Shown here: positions 25,863 through 38,923 of the stretch, one piece after another | Numbering within the stretch: position 1 is the first letter of the stretch | Layout: every line of letters begins with the position of its first letter | NCBI GenBank assembly: GCA_003427395.1 | Contig: BFEA01000015.1 | Coordinates: 2,867,505 to 2,931,504, forward strand | Length of the DNA: 64,000 nucleotides | Direction of reading: 5' to 3' | Origin: Chara braunii | Taxonomy: Eukaryota > Plantae > Charophyceae | Position numbers and translations under genes: made by a program | The notes under the pieces: model-generated | Databases searched by the model: none | What the model saw: only the letters and a program-made list of their open reading frames with translations | What the model was told of the DNA's origin: nothing

Positions 25863-26440
25863 ACGAAAAACGGGAATGAATCTCGCAGCTTTCGCGGGAA
25901 GATCCACTCCCGTTTCAAAATAGATACTGGAAACGCCCACGCATGAGAGAGAGAGAGAGAGAGAGAGAGATCTTTTTTCTTTTTCCATGTTTTTTAGAGT
26001 AAATCCTGTTTTCCTGTCGTTTTTTTTTTTTTTTTTTTTCGCGTTCTTCTCCAAGGACGTTCGGGAGGTTAGTGCCCGGTAGTTCAAGCCTCGGCAAGGC
26101 TCGGCATACCGGTCGGCCGACGCTCGGGCTTGATAGTTGGGCCAAGTACGCTCGGGCTTGATAGTTGGGCCAAGTACTGGTGGTTGAAAAAAAAAAAAAA
26201 AAAAAAAGCTCCGGGCTTGCGGGATTCCAATTTCGTTTGATGTTCCTCATGGCACGCTTCCAGCTCTTTTCTGTTTGTTTTGGACTTTAAACCACCAGTA
26301 CTTGGCCCAGCTATCGGCCGCGGAAAAAAATAGAGTAGAAACGTTTCTAGTTGGATGAATTTGGGCGCTCCTATAGTGGCCCGTACGTTTCCTAAAACTG
26401 CGTAGCGTTAACGGGCACAACTTTAGGAAGTACTGGTGGT
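25221..26440. mobile_element. TTAA-flanked TIR element(s): ~960-bp unit plus 150-bp mini copy (26291-26440)
   Basis: TIR ACCACCAGTACTT at 25221 and 26291, inverted at about 26172-26184 and 26428-26440. TTAA flanks the outer ends. Confidence 0.8.
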
Positions 26441-26528
26441 TTAATGAAACTCAAGCACAGTCAGATCAGCCCCTTACGGCCAGAGCTCAGTCCAAGGAGT
26501 CCTATTGTGATGATTATGCCCGCAATTA

Positions 26529-26830
26529 GGGCATACTTACACTAGGACTTTCCTGGATGAATCTGACCAAAATTCCACCTTGATCTGATTGAATCTGACC
26601 GCAGCTATGTCCAGAACTTGCTTGGAAAAGCCCTACCATCTTCCGCCCAACAGAATGCATATGCATTGTAAGCGAATACAACGCAGAGGTGCTTTCTATT
26701 CGAAGACAACCCATATGTGCTCTATTCGAACAGCTGGTATACTGGAATACAACGTATACGCCTTTTATTTGAGTCATTGATTTCTTTTGTGAAAACTCTA
26801 ACAAATTCATGTGTTAGTGTGGGTATGCTG
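26529..26830. mobile_element. Harbinger/Tourist-like MITE of the GGGCATACTCACACT family
   Basis: gggcatacttacacta...tagtgtgggtatgc; TTA on both sides. The same terminus recurs at about 20088, 50400, 50829, 51728, 53607-53726, 56381-56473, 61831 and 63121. Confidence 0.7.
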
Positions 26831-28021
26831 TTAATCATGTATTTGACATAGCTCCACCCACGGGCTTGGCCTCGCTCCACGACTCACCACATGTACAAAA
26901 GACAAAAGTTATGGCGGTGTAATTTTCCATGTCCTAGCAAACATGCATTCCTATTTTGCACAATAGGGGGGTAGTCGAGTCGGGGCCCGTAAGTGCAGCG
27001 TTGCAAGACAGAATTGAGCTTCAGGTCTTGCTTAACCACTAACCACATTCACAAAAGACAAACATTATAGGCATATCTTTTCTTTTCTTTCCTGTTTCTT
27101 TTTTTTTTTGTTTGAGGAAGATTGTACGCTTGTCTTTTTTTTTTCCCAACAAACAATAAATTTCATTAGAAATATCAATAGGAGGTCGGGGACCTCACAA
27201 CTCGACCTGGGGTACTGACAGCATCAGCCCGCTTTGCTTACAGGATATAGCCCGCGGAAAGTCCCTGTCTAGAAACCAACAACACAATTCAGAAAGCATG
27301 ATATCTCAAATCATAGTAGTTGTCTTATGTTAGATTGTTCCCTTAGACTATCTACTTGTGGCTATTCTAATCCAGCCTAGCTACTAACATAACTAATTCA
27401 CAGGTCCATAGCGGTCGGACACCGCCCAGCACGAGCAGTTGGAACACAGGTTTTAATCCCTGTGACACTCTACCACCCACCTCCCCTGGTGACCTACTGA
27501 TGAGGCCTGCACTGAACGGAGTGCCCTGGTTCATCCTAGACTTGAGAATCCACGCGGCACTAGATTGCCTGAGAAGGTACTCACGCAAGGACCTAAACCT
27601 TCAGGAGACAATTCAATTAAATTCAAGATTGTAGGAACTGGGGAAATAACTCCACGGTGGTACCATACCAAGGAGAATTCAGAGATCCCGTAGTAAGAAT
27701 TGTCATGTGTGGACCCTTAAGGGGATCAACCTAAAATCGTTCTGTTCCAACACTGAGTGAGGAATCGAACAATCAACACGATCTAGATTCCAATCTAAGA
27801 CTTGATTGGTCGGACCGGATCGTGTTCGTATCTCAGTCAAGGAACAAGTGAAAGTCTGCAACATCACGCTCCACTGACTTTCTAGATGAATCCAAGATCG
27901 GATAGGCCCACTCTGCTCTGCTGGCAAGCCGCGCTCGCAAGAGCATTTTCTTTTCTTTTATTTGATTTTCTTTCCTTCGGCCTCTCATCTCACTGCGAGC
28001 GCACCACAAAGTGGATTGATG

Positions 28022-28093
28022 GCGGAAATAGCTTAATGGTAGAGCATAGCCTTGCCAAGGCTAAGGTTGAGGGTTCAAATCCCTTTCTCCGCT
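28022..28093 (+). tRNA. trnG: tRNA-Gly(GCC), plant mitochondrial type (likely NUMT copy)
   Basis: GCGGAAATAGCTTAATGGTAGAGCATAGCCTTGCCAAGGCTAAGGTTGAGGGTTCAAATCCCTTTCTCCGCT folds into a cloverleaf with anticodon stem TAGCC/GGCTA and anticodon GCC. It closely resembles streptophyte mitochondrial trnG-GCC and has one acceptor-stem mismatch. Confidence 0.88.
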
Positions 28094-29854
28094 CGTCAGC
28101 TTCCTTCGCTGCCTGGCCAATAAAAGAATGGAGCCGACACCACCCCACCCTGAGGTGGGTGGGAAAGATGAACGCTTCGCGGCGGTTGTGTCACCAGAGG
28201 CCACGAAGTGGGAGAAAGTGGTTAATGAAGATTTAAAGCGTCATTTAGGTAAATACATATTAGAATAGTAAAAACATAAGCTTGTAATACAGCAACACCT
28301 AACTCTGACCCAGTTAATGCGAAAACAATGAGAAAAGGTGCAAGATGAGTTAAATACATGATACCTACAGAACCACTAAGCGTACTATCTAACTATATTC
28401 AGCTGACTTTACACTACCTAACCCCCTATCCTCCTGGAGTGCTGGGTACTGAAGATCCACTACCCATTATGAGACCAGCGACCCCTTTCTTACATGAACT
28501 GCGGCCAGTTGGTGGTTCCTCACCCATGTAAGGAGGGTCTAGCAGATTATTCTTCGGCTCCCTTTGGCTGCTATCGCTTTCATCTCCAATCGGCCCAAAT
28601 GGGATGCTTCATTCCTCGTTTGATGTGATTCTTGATTTCAAGGTCTAAGAATAGATGCCTCTGGAACCTCGATCTGTTTCCATCCATCCATATGGTTTCA
28701 TAGATCATGCCTCTTACCACATGACATTGTGCAATGTACCCCCAGCTTCAGTGTTCTTTCACCTTTGGTGGGGCATTCCATGGTACTCCTTGTCCCCCAA
28801 AGTCTCTCCGGTGTTGTGACCACCAACTCCAAATACGCTTTGACGTCGGGCATTCGCACCAGAGGTGGCAAGTGGATTCGGAAGGTCATCTGCATCATGT
28901 ACAGGACTGATCAGCCTTCATACCTGTTCTAGCTAACTAAACAACTGAGGGAGAGACCATCAGGGAGAGCATCCATAGGATACTCACCTGTTTACCATTT
29001 GGTAGCATACTAGTTAGAGTCCTCCATAGCCGTTCAAACTTGGGCTCCATATCTGGCAGGTCTTCACTCCAGACAGCCTGCCACCAAGGGAGTGGTTACC
29101 TGGGCGCCACTCTGTAATCTCGTAGGCATAGTTTCTGATCGTCAGCTTCTTTGGTGGACCAGTTCCACGAAGTTGGATCAATGAAGAGTTGTTTCAGCGG
29201 TATTCTACCAACCGAAGACGGAATATGTGCAGATGGTCTTCTTCTACAAACCACTACCAACCTGGTTTGTAATGGGTAATCCCAAAGCAGAATAGTGTCG
29301 TCTTGCATTAACGACAGAGTGTTCGCAAGACTCTCGCACCTCTACCGTTCGATCCTTCTGAAGCCACTGGGGAGAACCTCCACTACCTTCCATACCACAT
29401 TGGCTTCCTCTTCCCTATTCGGGACATACCACGCCACAGTACCTACCTGATCCAAGCCTTCTGGGCCCGAGATTGTCAGCCATCGTCAGTTTGGCCTCGA
29501 TGACCCGCCTTCGATGTTCCTCAACTCTCTGCAAATCTTTGATTGCCGCTTTAACCTCTGAGAGGGGCTTCCAACCTCCTAGGAATAGGGACCAAAGGTC
29601 GTTGATCCACACTATTCCCCATGTGACCCTGGATTTTCCAAAGGTGCCTGTGGCCATGTGACGCCCAAACCTCACGCCCAGCGCGACTGCCTGTTTCGTA
29701 ATGGGAGGAGGCCCGGAAGCGCGTAGTAGGGATGTGCCAAGGATTTTAGGAAAGTGGGGGTGGAGTCCCAGGCCGGAACTGAGATCTCTTATGCCAAGTT
29801 TCAAGGACAGAAATGCAAGTGGTTTCACGTAGGGCCAGATCTTTGGAGAGAAGT

Positions 29855-30290
29855 TTAACAACAGCCGTATTTTTCATCACCACGTCAGGACACCCTTCAC
29901 CACTTAAGGATGTAGTCTGCCTAAACAGGTGGTTTTCAGGGTCTTCGGGGACCTTTAACCACTTCAGGAACATTCAAGTCTGAAAATCTTGAATGGTCCT
30001 GAAGTGGTGAAAGCTTCGAAGACCCTGAAAACCACTTGTTTAAGCAGGATGCATCCTCAAGCGGTCAAGGGTGGTTTTCATGGTCTTCAGACCTTTCACC
30101 ACTTCAGGACCATTCAGGATTTTCAGACTGCCCCAAACTCTCACTTGACCACTTCAGGACACTCTTCACCACTTCAAGATGCAGCCTGCCTAAATAGGTG
30201 GTTTTCAGGGTCTTTGGACCTTTCACCACCTCAAGACCATTCAGGATTTTCAGACTGCCCAAAACTCTCACTTCAAAATTTTCATTCCTG
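29855..30290. repeat. Patchwork of direct and inverted short repeats
   Basis: ggtggttttcagggtctt...accacttcagga and caggattttcagactgccc recur in both orientations. Confidence 0.65.
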
Positions 30291-32649
30291 AATTTTCAGC
30301 TACCCGATAACCGTTTGTGGATCTTTGGTTTTACCCTCCGGGGCCAAACAACTAGTTTCATCGACCACGTTGCCTGGGGCGGGTTCGTACTTGTTGCACG
30401 AAGGGAACATAGTGGGTGTCTCTCTGTGTAAACACCTGTCGACGACAGGTTTCACAGATCTCGGAATCTGACATGGACGGCCTCAACCGAAGGCTGTGCT
30501 TTCGGCCCTCAGCTTCGGAGAGGGTTCGTCGTACAAATCCCGCAGCTCGATAGGTGTTGTATTATCGGTACTCAGAGCACGGCCTTCGGGGCCAGCAGGG
30601 GGCTATCAATTCCCAAGGAACAACCGTCAGACTGTGGTAGGGGAGAAGGCGATGGAATGGAGGGAAGTTGGTTCTAATGACAACGAATCCCGATGTGGTG
30701 TGGTACTGTTAATTACGGATGTCGGGGTAATCCGGAATTCGGGATCTCCGTCCGATGGCCCTGTGCAGGTCCCAGGCACACAGCCGTTCAGTTTGGCAGG
30801 GGTAGGCCGGAAGCCTTAAGTTCGATCGGCGGAAGAGTTGTTCGTTCTCCAGTATTTCCGGTACTTGGGGTTCCTTACACTGGCGCGATCGGTGATCCAA
30901 AAGGGAACGCCAATATCCATATTTTGCAAGAGAGACTCAACTCGTACATTTGGTCGTACAAGAAGGTGTTGTCGGGGACGGGTCATGCAGACACGTGTTT
31001 ATGTGATGACTGTCGTTCTAGTGATCATTCGTATACGTGCGTGCACATAATCTGTTCCAACCGAATCTGAGTCAACCTATACGAATTGGACGGTTGTTCG
31101 ACAGGCAGAAGGAAGGAGAGAAAAAAATATTCTCACACATCATATGTCAGGTAAGTATGGACCATGTATGAGGAAGATCCACCCAAATCGAGACCAGACT
31201 ATAAACCACCTGTTATTCATGCATCTATCCTGACCCATTCGATCAATGTTGCATACGCGAAAAACATGAGCATACACTTAGATGCTTTATATACATCAGC
31301 AAGGCACCTACTCCACGCACACATCATGATTCCTCGGCTCGGTGATCGACAATCCCTAACATGCTCAAATCATTCCATCAATCGATCAGTTTTGACAAAC
31401 GTCATACATTCCGCACTGACAAGGAATGGATGGGGGAGGGAAAGATACTTCATAGATCAATTAAAGAAAATAAAGGAAAATACAACAATGCCGCAAATAA
31501 AAATGGCAAAAATCATAAATCAAAATTACACAGAAGATGCGAAGAGATAACTCCACTTCAGCACACCACGCTCTCTCTCTTTTTCGTCTTGAAGTTCTCA
31601 CGATGCGAGTAGTTCGTTGCCTCGCACCTACCAACACTCCGAAGTTGTCATCCCGCTTAGCCCGAGTATGCAAGTCAGGTTTGCCTGTGTGTCACAGTCC
31701 TTCGCGGCCACAGGTCAACCCCGCATATCGGGCACCAGCTCGTCGGATCACCCAACTCCCTACTCACCGTTCTGTTCTCAACGATCCTCTCGACCACGCT
31801 AACTCCCAAGTGTAGATTAAAGAGTGAATTAGTCGCACTTGCGAGCTTTATAGCATACGATATTTGCGCGAGATAATTGAAGCAAGAGGTAGAGAGAAGG
31901 AGGGAGTGCCTACAGGTGCATGACGGGGCTACAACGTGGGGGACATGGCCGCTCTCCACGCATCAATCCAGTTATGCATATGTAAGCCAATGAGGTAGAC
32001 GGGAAGGAGACATCGAGTTTCGCACGGAAAAAGAAGAGATCAAGAAGGGAAAGGATTACAGTTACAGCTGCGTTTGACAAGAAGGAGCAAGAAAAGATTA
32101 CAGTTGCGATTAAAATTTAGGCGCGGCGGGAGCAGAGCGCAAAGCAGGACGCAGCAATGCTCATGCGAATAGGCTCATGCGATTACAACAAAAAATTATG
32201 TCCCTCTTAATTTCCTAGCCTAATAAAAATCCTAATTGCTGAAGAAATTATGAGAGTCTGTGTGGGTTTAAAATTCAAAAAGAAATTCAAAAAGATGGCG
32301 CTAAAAATTCCCCGCCCGATTCTTTCATCAACAAAAAGAAAGAAAGAAAGAAGCCGCAGCAGCCGTTATTTTCCATGCTCGCTATGGCACGTCCCACCAA
32401 CTACCATGGTCCGAGCTTTTCCTGAAAGAACTGGGGCATTAGTGCAACTGGGCCCATCCCTTTTTTTTCCACCCTCCTCTCACCTCCAACCCCTCCTCAT
32501 CTTCAACCCCCCCTCACCTCCATGGCGCAGAAGATGGCGCCCATACAGAAAAGAGATCGTCACAGCCCGCATGCTGCAAATATGCAGTATGTTGGCCCCG
32601 TTGGATTCACAATTGCTGGATTTTCAAGCAGCAGTTGGCCCAACACTTC

Positions 32650-34910
32650 TTCTTTAGTACTTAGGGGTTTTTGTTCGTTCTTGTGGGACACGATTCCAAG
32701 CAAGCCGGATAGGCTCCCCGAATCGAGACTTCAACTTTCTCTTTCAAAATTATGGTAGGAAAAACCAGTTCCAAACATCTTCGGGCCTGCTTAACCCCCA
32801 CTCCCCAATCAGAATATGCTATGTTAGTGCCACCCAGTGGTCTGTAGACCCCAAAGAACCTACTTTGGCAATTCAGCCCCCTAGTCGGGCCCGATTCCTG
32901 CGCATCGGTGTCAAGTTTGTCTTCTTCCCCCATGGAGGTCAGTGTCTCCATCGTTATTTTTTATATGAAACCCTCACTGTCTTGTGCACGAGGTTTCCAG
33001 ATAAAGCGAGTTATCTATCGTATGACTGCCTTCACCACCCTATCCATCATCTCCCTCATTGTCGTGACAAACCATAAGATTGAGAAAAAAAGCCACATTG
33101 GATATTAGGGCTCGCCCCAACAGTGAAAGGTGTCACGCTCATCCCCATAGTCTGAGTCTCAGCGCAATGCGTTGTTGCAGTAACAGTCCTTATGTTGATG
33201 GCTCAATCTGCAAACTAATCAGGACACCAAGAAACCTTTCCTCCTCTCCATTTTCTACCCTTTTCATACCCCACTCTGCCTTCAATGCAAACTGGGATGG
33301 AAGAAGGTCAATTGATTTATTCCAGTTTATAGTTGTTTTGGATAAAACAGAGCACTCAGACATGACCTTCTTTAAACCACCCATCCTTCCTGGAGTCGTG
33401 CCCGTTAATGCACCACGATTTTAGAAAACGTACAGGCTACAATGGGAGCGCCCAAATTCATCCGACTCAAAACGTTTCTACGCTTTTTTTTTTTCGTGGC
33501 CGATAGCTGGGCCAAGTACTGGTGGTTTAAGGCTTACAGTGATAACTCCGTGTTCTCACTCATCGCAAATAGATCGCCAGCCAAGACCTTCACTCTGCAT
33601 TTTTTCCCAGTGCACAGGTGAAGTCAGCCAAAACCTTCACTTTGGCCTCAAATGGCCGTGCTTTTTAAAAAATTGAATATCTAAGTGAAGGCCTCGGCAC
33701 CAAAGGGGAGTTAGTACTCCCATTCGGCCATGTTTTTTATACTAGGATTTAAGAAAGAGCCGTGACACTGAAGGGTAATGGGGATCCTGGGAGACCCCTG
33801 TGGAACTGAGCTTGGCGCACTCAGAATATTGTATCTGGGCAGGGATAAGGTTGTGTGAGCAAAAAAAACGACGAGGAAGATCCTGCAATTGGGTGCAGGT
33901 ATCACCAGGAGGACATTGTGGCGATTCGATATCACACCTCCGACGAACTCACATGACTCAGGAATGGGTAATTGTTGCGCAACAAAATTGATGACGACAT
34001 GGTGGCATCATGATGACCTTTTGATCTGCATGTCTAAGTTTTTTCAACTTTTTCTACTTAATTTATTTTTTCTTTTTATTTAGTAAGAAAAATATGCGGC
34101 ATATAGGTTGTGACGGACACGTTTTTACCTCCTAGGAACGTGGAGAGAACGGATATCTATTCACGGGGGATGTCGAGGTCGCTACAGCTTGAGTAGAAGG
34201 AGTAGAAGGGTTGTAATGGGCGAGTGTTGTACGCCCATAGCATAATGTGGTTTGCTATGAGATGTAATCGCTGACGACGTTATTTTGAGTAACACAGGTG
34301 AAGTCCTCTGATGGTGGCGGATTATGTTCAACAGTATTTTAAGTTGCAGCACGAAGCTGAGCGGGTTCAGTACGCAAACCTACCTGAGAGACCGGGACAG
34401 TTGGAAGAACACATACAAACGATCATTCACCATAAGTACTGACATGGAAAAGGTATACATTGCAATTATCCAAGGGCATAATCCAACCCCAAAACCCATC
34501 TTTTTCAGGTTGGTGAGGACGAACGTCCAACCCATCTTGACAAAGGCCTTCTCTAGGTCCAAGAGAATAATCACTACATCTAGATATTCACCTTGCACTA
34601 CCTCTTGATGGCCGTCACAATGTTGCCTAAAGATTGAGCGCCTTTGTATGAACGCCCCCTGATTTTTTTCCACCAGTTTTGGAAGGTACTTCGAAAGTCT
34701 GCGCGCCAAGGACTTCACGAGAATCTTATATGAAACATTCAACAGAGAGATCGGGCGCCAATTACGAATGTCCGTTTTATCCCCTTTCTTAAACACGATT
34801 GCAAGTACCCCATGTGACGTGCCTTACCCTAGTCTGCCCCCCACCAAAATCTCATTGTAGAGCTCTACTAGAAACGGGTCCTACACCACCCAGTTAGCGA
34901 TGTAAAATTT
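32650..34910 (-). mobile_element. Decayed L1/Tx1-type LINE ORF2 (RT), with nested insertions
   Basis: KKGDKTDIRNWRPISLLNVSYKIL, NQGAFI, LLDLEKAF (34380-34796). Further downstream are a degenerate FADD region (about 33565), INWNKS, RFLGV and an LSLLGRALISNV-like segment. Stops and frameshifts are present. Confidence 0.85.
33376..33526. mobile_element. 151-bp TTAA-flanked MITE inserted in the LINE (inverted homolog of 26291-26440)
   Basis: ttaa|accacc...aagtactggtggt|ttaa; the interior is the reverse complement of 26291-26440. Confidence 0.85.
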
Positions 34911-34989
34911 CACTATGAGAAAAACCTTGGGTTTGAAGTCTTTTGATGTATTTAGCGGTATCCGCAAAGATAGTGAAATTCTTATGCGT

Positions 34990-37969
34990 TGTCGGTGCGA
35001 ATACCCTTACAAGGGTATCCACCCTGGTTTTTGCAAGCGACAAAAAATAAGTTTGGTATAAAGTTTAAGTATACCGCACGAGGCGCGGCTGCGTCCTTGG
35101 TTTAGGATGACTGAATGGTTGACTAGAGTAGAGAGTGTGTGGCCATGTAGAGCGCATGATCTGTTTTCTTTTTGATGATTGTGAAAGTCGGTGTTGGTCG
35201 CCAGCCAGATTGTTATTTCTGATAAAATTAGGATTAAAAGGATTATTCCTCTTGATTGGTGCACTTGCAAGTAACTTGTGCGTACGTACGGAGGACGGCA
35301 TCGGCAGCAATGTGAATTATGAAAAACAATCCGCGCGGCGCACAGTACCCGTCTATATGGGCGGTTGCTAGCACTATCCTTGGACCTAGTACTATTGGTT
35401 ACGGTGACAGACTTTCGTTTGAGAGATTCAGGGATCGAAGCCAACGGACGGTGGCGCGGGAGCATCAGAGCGGCGTGGAGGAACCGATGGTTGAGGGTCC
35501 GGCGGAACTATCCCTCTTAGTTTTACCGTCGGCAGCATCAAAACGGTGCTAGCGTTCTATTTTTTCGTCATATTTCTGACGATTAGAAGCTTTTAAATAT
35601 TTTATTATCATTTATTGTTGTATTATTATTAAGCTCCGACGTCCCTTGGCTCTGATATAGCGCCGGAACTTGGAAGCTGTCACCGCAGTCGAGCACCTTG
35701 AACACGCGTCTTTTTTGGCAAGGTCGTTCGGATTCGGGCGTATCGAGGTGTTGGCAAAATTCCCCTGTTCCGCCCATCTTGAAGTTTGGGTTGGGGAGGT
35801 TAACGTGTGATTGGAGGTCCGTACGTGGACCACGCCCGTGCGAGGCAGACTGGCGGTCAGGGCACAGTGGGGAGACCGATTGCAGTAAGCCCATCTATGG
35901 AGCCGGCTCCGCTTTACTCCGCAAAGCTCTTATTTGGGTATTGGATACTACCACCAAGGTCTGTATCGGGTACGTCTCGCCAAGGCTAACAGTTATAGAG
36001 CCGCAGCAGGGCCGCGTCCTCGGCCATGCGACCTGCAGTGAGAAAAGAGAATGTGAGTTGGCCGTTGGGAATCCAAAGGGACACTCGGGAGAGGACCGCA
36101 GTGTCGCTGCTACGTGAGGACTGGCCGTCGGACGAAGGTATAGGGACGGACGAATAATAGAACCGACCAGTAGTTGGTTCCCTGCGAAGTTTTCCTCATG
36201 ACAGTTGGAACTAGTGAAAAGCTTTAGCCGGTCACGGCAGGGTCTACTGCTATCGGAGGCACCATTGGCAGAAGGAGCAAGGTGCGCAGCTGCGGAGGAA
36301 GGCGATCACAAAGGGGCGAAGTGGCCGGAACTATCGAGATTGTAAAGACCGGGTCACTATGACGATCGGGCGCTGCATAGCGGCAACAGGCGAGCCAGAC
36401 GGTGGCAGCGGACAAAGCAGACAGCGGGGCGGACGAGCATGCCAGGTTGCATCAGGTGCTGTCAAGCTGAGGAAGCTGAAGAGGGAATGAGCCTGAACGC
36501 GAAGCAGTGCCGGGTGCATGCGAACGAGTAGAATCGAATTATAGTGATTGCTGGGCGTTACGCTAGGAGGAACAGGGCAAGGCGAGGCAGAGAAGCTACG
36601 GGCGGCAGAGGAGGGGCTGAATCCAGACAGCCTATTGCGCCAGGTGCGTTTAGATGTAAATGGCAGAGATGGCGGAGAGGTAAGTGGCTAGCGAGATCAG
36701 AAATATGAATAACTTACCCGATTCTTGACGGAATCGGGTGAAGTAAGAGGCGTTTTGGGGTTTTTTGGGGCAGGCGACCCCGAATATGTTGACAGATTTA
36801 TATGGAAGTTAGTAGGATAAACAGCCATTTCGTCAAAACGGACATATTATATTTTTGAACGAAATCAAAACTGACTTTTTTTGCCAAAATCCGGTCGGAA
36901 TTTTTTGATCCTGGGGGTCCGGCGTTCCCAAAACGCCGGACCCCCCTGGTNNNNNNNNNNNNNNNNNNNNNNNNNNNNNNNNNNNNNNNNNNNNNNNNNN
37001 NNNNNNNNNNNNNNNNNNNNNNNNNNNNNNNNNNNNNNNNNNNNNNNNNNNNNNNNNNNNNNNNNNNNNNNNNNNNNNNNNNNNNNNNNNNNNNNNNNNN
37101 NNNNNNNNNNNNNNNNNNNNNNNNNNNNNNNNNNNNNNNNNNNNNNNNNNNNNNNNNNNNNTATCTGGTCTCAATCATAGACCAGGGGGGTCCGGCGTTT
37201 TGGGAACGCCGGACCCCCAAGAGCAAAAAATTCCGACCGGATTTTGGCAAAAAAATCAGTTTTGATTTCGTTCAAAAAATATAATATGTCCGTTTTGACG
37301 AAATGGCTGTTGATAGAAGATGGAGGGAGAAAGGGCTGCACGAAAATATCGGGAGAGGCGGAAATGGCAGAAAGTAAGGCGCTTAGCCATCCGATTCCTT
37401 ACAGAATCGGATGAGAGGAGATGAGTTTGGGTGATTTGGAGGTGGGCGGATTCGATGACGATGTTAGTTTCGTTAATACGTTCGTAGGAGAAGAGATAGG
37501 TAGAAAATGAGTCGCGCGGAGGTTTTCTGAAATGGATATGGCCGGGAGTAAAAATTAAGTATCTCGCTCGTTTCTTCACGAAATCGAACGAGAGAAGATA
37601 CTAAGTTGGGGTTTCGGGGCGTTTTAAAGACTTTGGCTGCTGTAGAATTTGAATTTGTCTACCTGTTCGGCGGCTACGGGCAGTAAAGGCTGTGCGCCGA
37701 GGGAGGTGTTATGAAAAAGAATGAACCTACCCACGTTATAGCAAGAGATTCATTTTCATCTTTGTGCTAATAGAGAGTGTTTGGGTAATAGCCACGTGGT
37801 TCGTATTGATCATGGCAAAGATCTCGAAGCTCCGCCTGCAGTTGGAAGTTCTTAACCGAGTCCTACACTTTGCCGCTGCTTGGCTTCCTGGTTCCATGTT
37901 TAGTGATCCGTTATCACGGTGAAGCTGGTAAGCTCGAAACGTACGTGCGAGCATGATGGAGGGGTCGTA

Positions 37970-38051
<82 letters not shown>

Positions 38052-38200
38052 TACAAATACTTACCTCGTCGAGGCGCATCCAGGAGAAGGTACCTCGAGT
38101 GCAGCGTATTTTAGCGGACGAATCTTTACCTCCTGACTTGTTACGGCAGGCGGATTGCAGAACAGTGATTGGGTATAAACCGCATTAATCTTCTCATGTT
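34990..38200. mobile_element. Truncated relative of the TGTCG...CGACA element
   Basis: Starts tgtcggtgcgaatacccttacaagggtat (compare tgtcgtaccaaatagccttacgagggtat at 38924). 36700-36790 is homologous to 40775-40860. The right end was not found. Confidence 0.55.
36820..37311. mobile_element. Foldback MITE with long TIRs and a 4-bp TSD
   Basis: At least 130 bp of near-perfect inverted repeat (aacagccatttcgtcaaaacgg.../...ccgttttgacgaaatggctgtt) around an N gap; GATA duplicated at 36816-36819 and 37312-37315. Confidence 0.85.
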
Positions 38201-38230
38201 TTAAGGGAGATTCATTCTTATTTTGTACGT

Positions 38231-38923
38231 TTGGCAAGACAGAGGAACTTTGACCATAGTCGTGTACCCATCCATCTTTTTGCCATTTTCATCACCATTG
38301 TTGATCATTCCGTGATCGACACATATCGCACTCAGTACCGCCACTGCCCAGATTATCACGTCATTCGCACGGTACTCCGGAGTGGCAAGACCGTTTCTTC
38401 ATACTCCCTGAGTGAGAACGGTTTCGTGTACTAGCATGGCAAATGTGCTTAGTTAGAACCATGTATCTGCGTTCCCTCCACCGGACAATTCCGCGTCTAG
38501 GCCGTAACAAAGTTCCATGACCAGGCAGTTGCCAGTCATATAGGCTTCCACAAGACGTTGACTCGTGTTTGCCACATATACATCTAGCCCGAATCCAAGG
38601 ACTTCGTCAAAGCCTACATCCAGGAGTGTCCTACCTGCCAAGAGGTGAACAGTGTGAAACACCTTCGTATGGGTTACTTTAACCTTTACCCATACTTGAG
38701 GGTCGTTGGCAGTCCATCTCGATAGATTTCGTTTGTCCCCTTCTTTCACCCACTGAGCACGATCATGATGCTATCTTGGTCGTCGTCGATCGCTTCACAA
38801 AGTGTGCATGTTTTTTCTCGTGCTACTATCGCATTAGCGCTTGTGAGGTCGTCGATATCGTCTTCGACCAAGTCGTGAGAGATCACGGCTTACCTCATAG
38901 CATCATCTTCGACCGTGACCCGT
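38231..38923 (+). mobile_element. Ty3/gypsy integrase remnant, 5' part
   Basis: Frameshifted YIQECPTCQ, WQSISIDF, ILVVVDRFTK and HGLPHSIIFDRDP motifs. Confidence 0.88.

Noticed and set aside
38056-38075. U1 snRNA 5' end (atacttacct)
   Set aside because: Similarity stops after 10 nt; it is better explained as an antisense splice-donor-like motif or chance.
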